A stretch of 64,000 nucleotides of DNA, taken from Harriotta raleighana. Taxonomy: Eukaryota. The position numbers and the translations under genes are program-made. This document shows, in pieces, positions 27,436-40,935 of this stretch (positions are counted from its first letter, which is position 1; each line of letters starts with the position of its first letter). The stretch is from positions 5,761,678 through 5,825,677 of the forward strand of contig JBNZDD010013726.1 of NCBI GenBank assembly GCA_050575255.1. Reading direction: 5' to 3'. Under the pieces are notes generated by a model that saw only the letters and a list, made by a program, of their open reading frames with translations, ran no database searches and had not been told where the DNA came from.

Positions 27436-28947
27436 TCTTTTTCTTCTCTACCATTTTCAACAAAGCAGGGGAAAAAAGTCTGTTTTAGAAGAAGGAGATC
27501 GCCAGAGACTTTTAAGCCAATTTGCTTCACGTGCTATTGAGACTCATAAACAATCTTCTATCAATGGAACATTGAAAAAAAATCTCCCCAAATCTGAAAG
27601 TAATATCACATATCTGTCCGATGAGAATCCGTTAACTACACGGAACCCTATATATAATGATGGTATATTTAAATCTCCTGATACCGGTGGTTTATCTCGT
27701 AAGAAAAAGCGAGCAATTGTAGCCAATCCTTCACCAAGAATAGTTTCAAAAGATTCATTTTTGAAGCTGTCATCTGAGAGTGAACATGATGCATATACTT
27801 TGTCCTCTCGTGATCACAGGCAGCAAATGCATGATGCTCTGAATAGACCATTGATTATGGATCCCGTGCAGTGTCAGATAGAAATGATTAAAGATGAAGG
27901 GGGAGGAACCGAAAATCAATTGAGCCAAATTAACCCTACTTTTAACGATGCCAAGATTAAATTAACTGTTAAAGAACAAGCGAGACAGTTTGAACAACAA
28001 GCCTTGCAAGAAACGAAGCAAGTCAAAAACCATGACTTAAAAGGAACTCAATCACTGATGACCAGAAAGCATTCCATAAGCAACAATTTGTTTGAGATAC
28101 CTCCAGAGTCCTCCATTTCACCTCCGTCAAATCATCATTCTTTGTCTATTCTGCCATCCAATTTTCAGGTTTCTGTTTCTGAATTGCCTGAGGCACCCTC
28201 CATTATCGTTACTCATTCAGACTTTTCCTCGGATGTTTCTCCTCCTCCAACCCGAACACCGTCACCTCCTTCCACAAGGAAGCAAAGCGAATGCAGCTTC
28301 TTCCCTCGTATATGCATCTCAGTGGAATCAAGCATGGATCTGCTTGATGACATTCCAGAACCTACAAATATTCTGCCACCACCTCCCCCTTCACCCCCAC
28401 TCCTGTCCCTCTCCCCACCTCCTCCTCCACTCCCTTCAGGTTTACCTATTCCTCCACCTTTTTCCTTTTGCCCTCGACCTCCTTCACCCCCACCCCTTCC
28501 TCCANTCCACTCCCTTCAGGTTTACCTATTCCTTCACCTTTTTCCTTTTGCCCTCGACCTCCTTCACCCCCACCCCTTCCTCCAGCCCCACCTCCTCCCC
28601 CTATTACTTTTTCTCTTCCTCTAAAGCCATGTTTGCGCAATACTCCTGCACCTGCTCCTGCCCCCGTTCTTACCTCTCAAAATCAGGCCCCCCAGAGAGA
28701 ATTGAAAGGAATTCTGAAACACATCCAGAACCTCGCAGAGATTGAAAAATCTGTTGCCAACATGCATAGTCAAATAGACAAGAACAATGCAGTGTATAAA
28801 CAGACCGATAAACCAAAAGTCGCAACGCAGCCACAAATGCAAAGGACTGAGGCGTTACCTGAGCCAAGTGTGAATAACCAAAATGGTTTGGAATCTGTTG
28901 TACTTGAACTCAAAAACCATTTCCCATCACAGTCGACGTCTTTGTAA
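27436..28947 (+). CDS. PCDH15: PCDH15 CD1 terminal coding exon (contains an 80-nt artefactual duplication around N28505)
   Basis: ttcaAG|TCTTTTTCTT starts LFLLYHFQQSRG. A Pro-rich region follows, then PQRELKGILKHIQNLAEIEKSVANM and C-terminal QSTSL-stop (PDZ ligand). Removing 79 nt plus the N joins ORFs 27572 and 28468 in one frame. Confidence 0.93.
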
Positions 28948-29834
28948 TGCACAGCTATTCAGTTTGGTTACACACGGCATTCGGATTTATCAGCAAAGAT
29001 CTGCAGTGCTCCAGCGAAGGCTTTGCCTGTACTTAGCTGGTACAACTGTACTCTGACTTCTGATCAATTGATTTTCATAATTTAATTGAAGAGACTGACC
29101 ATATAGGATGTGTCACTCGTTAGTACACATAACAAATTGTCCATGGCTTCTGACTACTGTGTGTACATTTTGTATATTAGTTTCGTATTAAATTCAATTG
29201 AATTGAATTGCGGTTTGGATAATTAGCTGCTCCCTGAGCCCATAGGAATATCTTATTAATTATACCCATTTCAATTCTGCTTCAAGCTTATAACAGCATT
29301 TTCTGCACCAAGCAATGTTTCAGCATCCACCTCCCTTTTCATTCCATAAGATATTTCATCTGAATTTGGTTTATATCTCGTAAGGACTTCCAGAAGGGAT
29401 TACTTATTATTCACATCTTGATTCACTTTAAGCTAGTGTCGCAACATGCTGTTGTTACTGTACTGAACAGCAACCACACAATGCCAGCAATTTGTGGCTA
29501 GTATATCATGTTCTTCCAAAAAAATAAATTCATCACTCTCAGGCCCAAATGCCCAATACCAATTGCTCAACTACTGAACAATCCCTCTAGGTGTAAAGCC
29601 AGGGCATTAAACAGCTTCCAAGTGGGGAAAAAAAACGCATACACAACATCTCCAGTTTCCATCGAGCTGGTAGTTTAAATACAGCATTAAAACACTTTGA
29701 TATGCCACTGTCATATTGACACTTACAATTTTTTAAGACTTTACCAAATTGATCCTTTTATGGAACCTAATATGCTCATTTACATAGGTTGAGGTTGCTA
29801 TTTGCACCATCTCCTAATTTCCGAGGTCTTCACT

Positions 29835-29840
29835 AATAAA
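29835..29840 (+). promoter_or_regulatory. Candidate poly(A) signal for the CD1 3'UTR
   Basis: AATAAA downstream of the CD1 stop; another lies at 29523. Which is used cannot be told from sequence in AT-rich DNA. Confidence 0.3.
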
Positions 29841-31544
29841 AGGGGTTTTCTCCACCAAGTGAATATGCAGGAGAAATGGTATATTAAAAATAATGACACA
29901 AGTAAGCAGAATTATGAATATTATTAGCAGAACTTGAAGTCAATTAAATATACGAGTATACTTGAAAATGTTAGTAAGACAAAATGGAACCTGACAGGAC
30001 CAGTGAGGACAGATAATGAAAAATAGACATTGGAGAAGGATTTGGATTTTAAATTAATTATATTTTTTAACCTTGTTCGCAAGTTATTTTCATTAAGGGT
30101 ATTATAGATACATAGATATTTGTTCTTAGATAAGCATTATACAGAATACAGTATTCTGTACTAGAGATGGACTAAAAGAGAGATTCAACAACTTAACATA
30201 CACAGCATTTTGTCTTGTGTTTATCTGTCATTCCATGTTCTCATATTTGTTGGTCTTGTATGTGATTAATAATATAAATACGTTATTGTACTCTATACTA
30301 TTGTTTCTCTGTCTCTTTCATTTTTCCATTATTTTCATACATCAATGCAAAATCTTGTAATTATTTACAGTGATAAGAACAGAATACACTAAAATATTAT
30401 ACTTATAACTTTAATTCCTATTTGAAGACTAACAGTGCTATTTTAGTAAATTTACAACAGTCAAATCATCATAATTTGGCATTGATATCAAAATTCGGAA
30501 TTGTGAGCTTCAGCATAATACTTGTTAGATATTGAAAATAAATTAAATATAGGAATAATTCAAGTTTTTTTTTCATTCAGAGACTGAAGTCCAATCCAGG
30601 ATTAACTCATATCAATTTGACTTCCATCCTTGTGTTAGCAATGCTCCAAGGCAAATACCATTGTATGATTAGAATCTAAACATTTTCTAATGTGCACAAG
30701 TGATTTTAAAAAGCCTGCGATTCTTTTTTCTGCATTATAAATGCTCACCAGAAATTTTACCCATGATTCACCTTAAATGTTCTGAATTTAGCTCCATTAC
30801 CTTGGCAATCAATTTTGAATCTGTTTAGCATAAAGTTTTGTAAAGTTTTGTCTATGTGCATGAATTTCAAACAAAAAAATTATGAAAAAATACCGGACTT
30901 GATATATCTTTCCTTGAAATATGGTTTCTATGTAAAATTAACTTGCCTGTTTTATTTAACGTAAAGGGATAAAATCACTCATTTCCATATTACACAATAA
31001 ATAAGTGAAATTAATTGATACATTACTTATGTACAAGTTGAAAATTCTATTTTCATATAATTTTCCATCTATTTAGAAGAGCCTTTAAGCTGTCTGTTTA
31101 CCAATCTACCCCTCGCTGATACATATTCACAGGAAGTCAGTTGTACAGTTTGTACTTGCATTAATCACCAGTTAAAAGGAAGCCACGGGTAGGTTTTATA
31201 TCGAGCACTATTTTTTTATACATTTGATTTGTGGTTGATCGCAAATTTTTTAAAAGAGGAAAATAAGTTCCTACCCAAAGTCGGGGTTTCAGTCCATTTT
31301 AATTGTTGCAAAATAATATTCTTCTGATCCAAGTCAACATGATCCTAAAGTCAGCAAACTTACTGCCATCCTCTCTTCTAGTGAACTATCCTTTACTTTG
31401 ATCTGAGCCCAATGATAGAGTTACAGCTGTTAGCAAGTTACTGAGTTTTAAATCCCTGACTAACCGCAGCTATTACATTTTGCTTACATTAATTCGAATC
31501 AGCATAATAATGAAGAACATAACATTAAGAAAATGGAAATTAGA

Positions 31545-32055
31545 ATCATAGATATTTTAGCACAAAACGAGGTCATTTGGCCTATCGAGTCTGTGCTGGC
31601 TCTTTGAAAAGAGGTATTCAATCCCATTCCCTGGCTCTCTCCCCCTACCCTGCAAACCACTCCTCCCCAAATAACCATCCACCTCTCTCTTAAAAGTTGT
31701 TATTGAATCGGCCTCCTTCACCCTTTCAGGCATTGCATTTAAGTTTCGAACAACTCGCTGCATGAAAAAAATTCTTCTCACCTCCCCTTTCCTTCTTTTA
31801 GAAACTATTTTAAATCTGTGACCTTGAGTCACTGACAGACCCATCACTGGAAACAGTTTTTCCCTGTTTACCCTATCGAATCCCCTCATGATTTCTCCTC
31901 GTAACTTTCTCTGCTCCAATGAAAATAATCCCAGCCTCTCTAGCATTTCCTCATAACCAAAGTCCCACATTTCTGGTATCATCCTGGTAAACCTCCTCTG
32001 CATCCTTTCCAATGCCTAAACATCCTTCCTAAAGTGTGGTGAACAGAACTGAAAA
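31545..32055 (-). mobile_element. CR1 LINE 3' fragment
   Basis: ERMQRRFTRMIPEM...LERLGLFSLEQRKLRG...GHRFK is the typical CR1 ORF2 C-terminus. Confidence 0.9.
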
Positions 32056-34352
32056 CAGTTAGGCCATCTAACTCACTATATTATGTAAATTTTGTTTCAT
32101 ATACAATCTTTTTTTTTCAATATACTGTACCTGTATTTTACACCTCACAGAGTAAGGAGTTGATCCAGTTCCTCTTTAAATGTTTCAACTAAGTGAATAA
32201 CTACTGTACTCTGTTGTACATTATTGCAAAAAGTGGCAACTCTAATTAGAATAAAACAATCCTAGAGTTGAATTGAGTTTTTGGCTTCTTCACTGGTTCT
32301 TCTGTTTTATACAAAATCTTCTCCTCTATTCTTCCTATTAATTCCCTTCATTATTTTGAAAACCTAAATTGTTTTGTTTTTAGAATAAACCTAGCTGCTT
32401 TAACTCAGCTTTAGAATCTGAAGTCTGAAATCATAATTGTTGCATTCTGACTTATTTTGACTGTCTATTTTTACAAATGCAGTAAATAGAAATTTATAGA
32501 ATATGCCACTTGCAAATTCACTGAATCTTACAGAGCATATTTATTAGTTCTACAGACTATATAGCTCATATGTTTACACCTGAATATTTAATTCCCTTGG
32601 CAAATGTTTTCCCTACACTCCATTTTGTTTTCAACCATCATATCTAATGTCATTTATTATTTATTTAATGGACCCTACTTTGTAACATTGGCCGTTAATG
32701 TAAGCGTGTATTCCTTGGATTTGATTGTGGTGACAACCATTCCACATTTATTATCTTCACCAAGATCATTGTTGCAGGAGCCAGGAAAGTTGCACCAGAC
32801 CTATCTTTCCATTCAAAATCATTGAACTGCTATAATCAGTTGTATTAGTAAATCAAAAACTTAATTATCACTATAAAAGGTTTAGTTTTAACCAGAAACC
32901 TCAAGTGAGTAATCTTAACAAATGCCTTTTGACAGTCACAGCATATTTAATACACATTACGATATGCCTCGAAAAAGTTCCAGTAAATTTGTCATCCATC
33001 CTTATTAATAACAGCCACTCTTTTCCTTCTTTGATAATAAGTTCCCACTCTTTTTCTGCCAACAATTATGTGGGAAGGGGTCCTGGGTTATTATTTTTTC
33101 AACTGAACCAACATTATTTATTTTCCAATGTTTGAGTGATACTCTAGCTTTTAATGAGATGTGAAAATTTTCAGCCAGGCTTCCCTTCAATTCTATGCTC
33201 ATTTGCTTAAACATTCCACAAATACTCCTGAATTCATTCCATCTGACCTTATTGTACTTAGACAATTCCAATTTCTGATGAAAATTTCATTACAGATTAC
33301 AGATTTCTGTGCTTTACATTAATATCATTGCATCTTCTATTCCTTCAAATAGTCAAAATGGACATAAACAATAGTTGCTCTGAAAATTGTTCCTTTTATG
33401 TAACTAATCTAGATGCAATGCATTCTTCAATGTTTACACAATATTCTATAATACCAGGTCTATAAAGGAGCACAGAAATGTACAGGATTGAAATAGATCG
33501 CTGTGGCCTATCCAGCCAGTCCTAAAGAGAAAAATACTCTTGCATCTTTCAATTAATCTGAACTATTGAATATTGAATTTCTTTGAATTTACTGAAAAAA
33601 ATGTTAAAAAATGAAACAAATTCCCTGGTTATGGAATCTATGCCACATATTCATCAATTTATGCAAACAAATTTAATCTGAAATATCTATATACTGCAGC
33701 TCTTCAAAGTCTATGTTCTTATTGAAGACATTGCCATTGTTACATATTTTAGGGTGTAGTTTATCTCTTTACGATCTTAAATACATCAGTAAGATTCTTG
33801 AATACTTTATTGATTGAAATACTTTTTCAATGATTTGCTTTCCTTAGGAAGAATAAAATGACCAATTGTAGCCATTAATTCTTTAGTGAACAAAACATTA
33901 CATTCATGAAACCTTGTCTTAGCAAGAAGCAGCATTACAAACTGATGATATGTACAATGCTTCCTTGTTGAGGCCTCCAAATTCACTTGTTGGAAAATTT
34001 CCAATGCTAAGTTAGCTTTTTGGTTAGGCAAGCAGGTTGCTGGCATCACCGATGAAATAATTCTTTCCACTGCTTGTTTCAAGGTGTAAGACGTTCAAAT
34101 TTACCTAGTCTTCTGTATAATACAACTATGCCATGTTTAGAGTGGCACATTACTGAGAAGTCTCTGGCCTGTGGCTGTGCAAGTTAGCATCAAAACCCAC
34201 TCCAAGCCTGTGCCCAGTCATTCGGCTGTGAGTTGTAGTTTTAAAAAATTTATATCTCAGGCAAATATTCATTCCACACTTTTGTATTGCCTTATGTGTA
34301 TGATATTACTACATTATAGTATAGTATACATTATAGTAATGTTAAGTATGTA

Positions 34353-34744
34353 CAGTAAAAGCATTGTTATCTCGGGACCTCACCTGTGCTGGTTAATCAA
34401 ATATGTCGAATATTCGAGCGGCAAGTTGCCGAAAATCCTACATAAAAAATGAACTTATTTTAAAACATACCATATTAATATTAGACTAAATAATAACAGA
34501 ATTTTGTATGGGCACTTATCAATAAAGCATACATAAATAGTACAGTTAAGCCTTGCTGAACGCAGGGGTTACGTTATGGGAAAACAGCGCACTCGGTAAA
34601 ATTGTGTTTGGTAAGTTTAATAAATGCGCAAAGTGAGCATATGTGCGGGGAGAACCATGTATACTCAAATTTGACTTGTATTGGGAGATATCGGTTGGTT
34701 GAGCGTGCCGGTTGGTTGATTGCCGGATAACCAAGCTTTTACTC
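34353..34744. mobile_element. Degenerate Tigger-like MITE containing an end fragment (about 34543-34625) related to the 25893-26853 family
   Basis: TA|CAGTAAAAGCATTGTTATC ... GATAACCAAGCTTTTACTC|TA. Internal cagttaagccttgctgaacgcaggggttacgttatgggaaaacagcgcactc resembles the reverse-complemented right end of 25893-26853. Confidence 0.7.
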
Positions 34745-36871
34745 TACTCCTTTTATTAAGCAAGCATATCCATGTGGAATTAATTGTCTGCAGCATTTGT
34801 TAGTTGACAAAAAGCAATGAAACTGAGTATTGATATGAATGTATATCTTCAGAGCAGCAACGCCATCCATGAATCACCGACTCTACATTTGTTTCTTTGA
34901 TGAACCATGATAAGGGTTTTAATATGTGCATTTCTGTGTGAATGCTCGAGTTGATAGCTAAAGTTCTTTGTAACTTGCGCTGCCAATGGGGATAATTTCA
35001 CAACAGACGATAAAAGCTAAGATTATGTAAGATGCTGCATGAACATTGCCTAGATTTCAAATTGAATTCTGTCAATGATCTTGTTCCTATTGTACAATTT
35101 GATTATGGGGCTTTGTATTAGTCTTAATTTCACCAAGTGGTTTCATATCTTCCGCATCCCCATGATGTTGTGTAATTAAAATAAACTTTAGCAGTAAACA
35201 TTGCTTTCTGAGTCTGAAGTGGATTCTGCTTAATGGCTGAGGCATCGCTTGATAGCTTGGTTGGAGGAAAAACATAAAATTCATCAGCTCTTGTGTGCAT
35301 AAAACCCAAAATATTTAAACCAGTAATTTCACCAGAAAGAACCATAAAGGGTTTCTATGGATCAAAATTGAAATGTTTAATATTCATTGATTGAATAGCA
35401 CAGTGAAATGGTTAATATTTGGCTGATTAAAATGCAGTGCCTGTAATTAATGTTTGACTGTATAGAGTAGTGAAATGGGCGCTGTTTAATTGATTTTATA
35501 AAGTAGTGACAAAGTTATGCATAAATTGTTGTGAAATGGTTAAACTTTGACTGACTGATTGACTTATTCTTGACGGCAAAGCCTCTAAAACATCTTTAAC
35601 GTTTTGCGCATTAGTTCGCATAATAAAATCATCTGTTTTGGCCTCCTGAAGAAATTAAGTGCATCACAGTTTTGTGAGGCCAGATGCAAGATACTATTAA
35701 GTAGTTTTTTTGGAAACCTCAAATTATCCCCCATGATAAATCTACATATTAATTCCTCATTACTTTCACATCAGAGGACAATTTAAATAATTTGCTTCTG
35801 ATCATCATCTGCTTGCATTGAATTCTAATTGTTAGCCTTTGCAGATTGCCTTTATTCTATACAATAAATCATCAACCATGTCTTTATGTTCTTCTCGAGT
35901 GTAATTAAATTGTGTTGCCAAATCTATTTTGCCTGACTCTATTCTATTAGTTTTGTACTTTTTTTTTGTTCTTTCCTTTTAAATGTAAATCCCACTAGCT
36001 GATGGCAGAATCCAACTTTGTACGTATTCATTTATGATTTATAACATTGGTTTTTATTGGTGGATTGCATTACAAGGAACACCATACAATGTTCATTTTT
36101 TAGCAATGAGCTGCATTGGATTGTTCTTTCTAAGCATATAATAGGTTATTGCACCTGTTCTATCACTCAACATAAAGTTAGATTCAATTTGAATCAAAGT
36201 TAAATTGCTTCATCTGATAGAATCTTTACTTGGTTCTTTACTCTTATTGCTTTTAAAAATGTCATCACTTAATATCATTCCTAGATACAAATATGCTTTT
36301 GTATTATATGTGAAAAGTCCAATATTCCCCTTAAATCAGTATGTTCCTCAAGTCTACAATGAGAATTATGTATTAAGATCAGGCTATATGCAATAGTTCA
36401 GTACAAATGCTAAAAAAAACTACTTGTACTCAGCAATAAGTGTCATAGGGAAAATGATACTATCTGATTTGAGACTTTATTAAGGATTAATTATACTTAG
36501 TTTCCTGTTAATGGATTTCACAACTTTAGATGTAATGTAGTTACATAATTTAATTATTAAAGTTAATATTTTATCAATTATGGTTCAGTGACTTTTAACT
36601 TGTGTAGTTTGGGGCAGCCACACTATTTATTTCACATAAATCCTAATTTAGAGTGCCCAATCTCTGGTATTCTCTTTGCTGAGTAAGAGGCTGGAAATTG
36701 TCATTTATTCAGTGAAATGAAACCCTCAGTATTTCAGTAATACATGTAATAGTAACCAAGTATGACCAAGGTTTTCAATTATCATATGCAGTATGCTTTC
36801 TGGTTTGTTTTAATTGAAAGTTGAACACCAAACTCTGAAGCCTATTATAATTTTTATATAATTGTTTGCAG

Positions 36872-36893
36872 GAGAGGATATGGACAACAAGAG
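36872..36893 (+). CDS. PCDH15: PCDH15 alternative 22-nt exon (RGYGQQE)
   Basis: ttgcAG|GAGAGGATATGGACAACAAGAG|GTAAGA. Phase 2 to 0, which is what the next two exons need. Confidence 0.7.
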
Positions 36894-37058
36894 GTAAGAA
36901 TGCCCTATTTTTGCAGTTGCGTCATTCTTTTCACATTTTCCTGTCTTTAAATCGGTGTGCTTTAAAACTATTTCAACGGAAACTCGATATATGCTTATTT
37001 ACAATCTCCTGCTCTTTGCTTTTGTCTCTGTCTGTCTCTCTCTTCAACTATTTGCCAG

Positions 37059-37097
37059 CAACAGCAATTACTGAGGCCCTCACTGCTTAGACCTGAG
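37059..37097 (+). CDS. PCDH15: PCDH15 alternative 39-nt exon (QQQLLRPSLLRPE)
   Basis: CT-rich tract, gccAG|CAACAG...CCTGAG|GTACAA. A second in-frame acceptor allows a start at 37065. Resembles the recalled LLRPSLLKPE segment of PCDH15 isoforms. Confidence 0.75.
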
Positions 37098-37286
37098 GTA
37101 CAAATGTCTGTTAACACCTAAACTAATCAAAATCTTCCTGAATGACTACTTGACAAGCTGTATTCAGAGAAAAATATGTTTTCTTATGATTCTCTACTGG
37201 AATTATATTTGTATTTGCTGATAATAGAAGATTAGTCCAGTTGCATATGAATCTAGTGTTCACTATGTTGGTTATCTTAACAATAG

Positions 37287-37360
37287 GAACTCTCAATGGA
37301 ATCTGGCATTGATCCTGGTCAGGAATACTATGCACAGGATTATTACAATTATGAGCCTGG
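37287..37360 (+). CDS. PCDH15: PCDH15 alternative 74-nt exon (ELSMESGIDPGQEYYAQDYYNYEPG)
   Basis: aatAG|GAACTC...CCTGG|GTAAGC. Phase 0 to 2. Resembles recalled ELSMESGIDPGQEYGQDYYSYEHG. Confidence 0.85.
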
Positions 37361-38626
37361 GTAAGCACTGTTCTGTGAAGTTTCTGTTTAAAAATGTTAA
37401 CTGGTATGTAAGGTTTATCTTTAGAGGACTGCAGCAGTAGAGATTTTAATGAGAATGTGTGATTCCATGCATATATAAAAAGTGTAGGGCAAAGCTGTAC
37501 AATTCATCATGCGTCATTTCAGATTAAGTCATTCTATCCTCACATTACAATTAAGACATAATTTTTATGTGTTCAGTATCAAAGGAAACAAATGGCTATT
37601 GCATTGATTACATACCAAGATATTTTTATTTTGAAGGTGACTTTGAAATGTGAATGTGATAGATTTTACATTATTGACCAAAAATATTGAATAGCATTTT
37701 TCTTTCTCTTGTATACGCTACCTGTGATCCTATGTTTTCATTCTTGCTGATTCCAATAAGGCAATCTAGGAAGAGTGTAAGGTTGATTGCTAATATCTTG
37801 CCACATTTTAAAAAAACACAGAAAAGTGATAAATTCTGCTTCGCACCTGCACAATCTCGCATTTGAACCATGTACGTTGCTTCCAACATATAAATGAAGA
37901 ATCTGTCCATAGATTGTATTTATTACCGATAATAAAACTTCAATTACTGTGTCTTTCACATTCTGAATGCTAATCTGCATTTGGAAATGAGGGCAAAATG
38001 TTATAAACTACTAAGTAAGTCAATCATACTACTGTATATGAAACGTTATCCATTCAGAATAAAGTTGATGCTTGATATACAACAACAACTTGCATTTATA
38101 TAGCATTCTCCACACCGGGTGGCGTCTCAGTGGACTTCACAATGGGAGTGAACGAAGATATATGGGAGTGAAAGAGGAAATCGACCCATCCACTCCCTCC
38201 ACACAGCAGCTTCAGCCTGTTACACATCCCCAACCTAACCCGCCCCACCATCTGAAGTCAAACCTTCAGCATTTCTGCCCGTACCCTCTGGAACTTTTTC
38301 CCACATTCCCTTTGCTTTGCTTCCTCCCTTGCCTTTGACATCATCCTGACATGAAAGGAGCTTTACAAATGCAATTTGTTGTAGTTGAAATTGGGCATAC
38401 AAAAACCATTTGTCTATGTCAAATGGACATTGAAATGCTTTGGCAGAAATTGTTGGAGCAAATGCCAAATTTATAATCCAGCTATATATATGAATATATA
38501 TGTAGATATATATATCAACCAAGTGCTAAAATAACCATCAGATGATTTTAGCCATGAGGGTTTCAATTCCTGATCACCATTTCAAGGTGATCTTCTTCTG
38601 ATGACAACTTCTGATCTGGATTCTAG

Positions 38627-38762
38627 GTATGAAGTGCCACAGTATGGAAGTCGTCGTAGATTAATCTCCCCATCTGGTATGTACGACGAATTTGGAGAGG
38701 TAATAATGGAAGATGATGGAAGCTACTATTACAGTCCAGATGGATCTAACGCAGCTCCAGAG
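38627..38762 (+). CDS. PCDH15: PCDH15 exon shared by CD2 and CD3 isoforms (136 nt)
   Basis: ttctAG|GTATGAAGTG...CCAGAG|GTAAAT. Encodes YEVPQYGSRRRLISPSGMYDEFGEVIMEDDGSYYYSPDGSNAAPE; the mammalian counterpart is YEMPQYGSRRRLLP. Phase 2 to 0. Confidence 0.92.
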
Positions 38763-40935
38763 GTAAATTAATTGTTTTTATTTTGCTGAATTTCTTTTGC
38801 GGTATTTGATAAAACAAGAATAATTTTAATTTCTCCCCCGAAAGCAACAACCATTTTGCAAGATACGCAAAAAAAAGGGAGAATCATATTTATAATAATG
38901 ACTACTTTCTTCTTTTGATCCATTCTTATCTTATGTGTTGATATATATTAATGATTAAACCAATATTGATTTAATTCAAGAGCAGTTTTCCATTACCAGC
39001 CAATTCTTATCAGCAGAGTGTAGCCACATAAAGAATCAGCCTTGGATGTCCCAACTGGTGGATGATGTTCAGTGTAGCTATATGCTTTTCTAATAAGGCA
39101 GTAATGAGAGAGGTCTTTCCAGCTAATGGCATCAGCCAACTTCTGTTTCATAGTCCAACCAGGTAACTTTCATGTATGTGGTTCTTATCTTAAAGCAATA
39201 TCCAGTAAATTGGAAATCAGTCCAATTATACTGAGTCAACATTTGCTGTATTACATGAAGATCTGAGCCATGATTCAACTCTTAGTATGAGCAATTGGCT
39301 CATTAAACTGGTTTGCTTCAGGGGTTTCTCAGTTTATAATCTTATCTTCTGGTTCTACTGTCCTATCTTTGCACAGAGTAACTATCTACATCAGCCTTTT
39401 TACTTCCCTTTGAGTTTAAAGACATGTTATTCCCGTTTAGAATATATCTAATTATCTTTGTCTCATTTCATAGCTCAGTGATTTAAAATCTGGAATTATT
39501 TTTGCTGCCATCCTCCAATACATTTCTATTACTTTATTAAAAAAAAGTAGATCCCAACCTTTTATATACACGGGGTGATCAAAAAAGGTTTGATACCATT
39601 GTAGTGTCTAATAAGTCTTAAAGAAATTATGATATTTTCATTTTTTTTAGATAAAAGGGCATCTTTTTGGTAACCCAGTATATGAAATTACAATGAGTTA
39701 AGTAATCTGGGTTAGTTTGAAGTTACAAAACACACTTGTCACACCAACACTGTCAATGTCCCTAATGTAATGATGTAACCTTCTTTTGTGAGTTTCAGTA
39801 ACTTGCATTTGCCCACACGAAATTACTGCTTGTGATATATCTNTTGATCATCTGTTTCCCTGAGTTGACACATTCCCTAATGTAATGATGTAACCTTCTT
39901 TTGTGAGTTTCAGTAACTTGCATTTGCCCACACGAAATTACTGCTTGTGATATATCTCTTCTCCTAAGCATCTATTGGTTTCATTCAGATTTACTCCTTT
40001 AATTTATATGTCTTTTCAACACACACAATCTGGTATTGTTTGCATATGTCTAATACCTTCATCAACACCATCAACAAACATTGAAAACAGAAGAGGACCC
40101 AACAAAGACTTTTGAAATGCACTACAGTCTAATTACTCTCATTGAACAATGTGTTTTGTAGCTATTATTTAGCTAACTTTATTATGCAATTTATATTCAT
40201 CTTGGTTTCAAGAGCTTTGTACTACTCACTCAAATAATTCAGTAATATTTATTAAATGTGGATTGTGATTTATAAACTCCTGATAACCTGGGCATTATTG
40301 CTCTTTTCTTGCTTTTAAATGGTTCCTTTTATACAATGTTAGTAGCCATTGTTTGTCAAAATCTCAATCTAATAGTCCAATAATTTGTGTGATCATGATT
40401 TATCTTATTCAAAGATTGTCTATTTATCGTCTATATTTAATGAGCAATAGAAACATTTCCTAAAGCATGCTAAGATACTACAGTATATATACCAGGCTTT
40501 TACATGAATTGCACATGTAGAGCTCCCCTTCACTCCAGCAAAGCTGCTGTTTCCTTTCAAACAATCTCAGTTGATCTGGTGGTGTACTTTCCCCTAAAAT
40601 GTAACCTTCTGCTGTGTGTCTGCGATCTTTTTGACCTCAGGCAACTTATGACAACTTATGACCTCAGGGAAAACTATCTACTACCAGAACAACTATGTTG
40701 TTTATGCTCAACACACTGCCAGATAAGACAGATATAAGAACTAAGTTTTTTTAAAAATTCAAATGTGAAGATAAACACTGGGGTTGAAATTACAATGAGT
40801 TAAGTAATCTGGGTTAGTTTGAAGTTACAAACAGCATCTCCTGTGACTGAACTATTCAATCATTTAATTCTCAACTAACCGAATTTCACTGTATTGAACG
40901 CAATGTTTAATCTGATTGCATTTTCATAATTACAG

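Noticed and set aside
27572-28947. Two overlapping genes, a pseudogene or a programmed frameshift in CD1
   Set aside because: Fully explained by the 79-bp duplication plus N.
30140-30160. Palindrome TACAGAATAC-A-GTATTCTGTA
   Set aside because: Only 10-bp arms, overlapping a TACAGTA motif; plausibly a repair scar or chance, with no supportable function.
38697-38705. Alternative donor GAG|GTAATA inside the shared CD2/CD3 exon
   Set aside because: In frame and possible, but the open frame continues to a good donor at 38763 and nothing else supports it.
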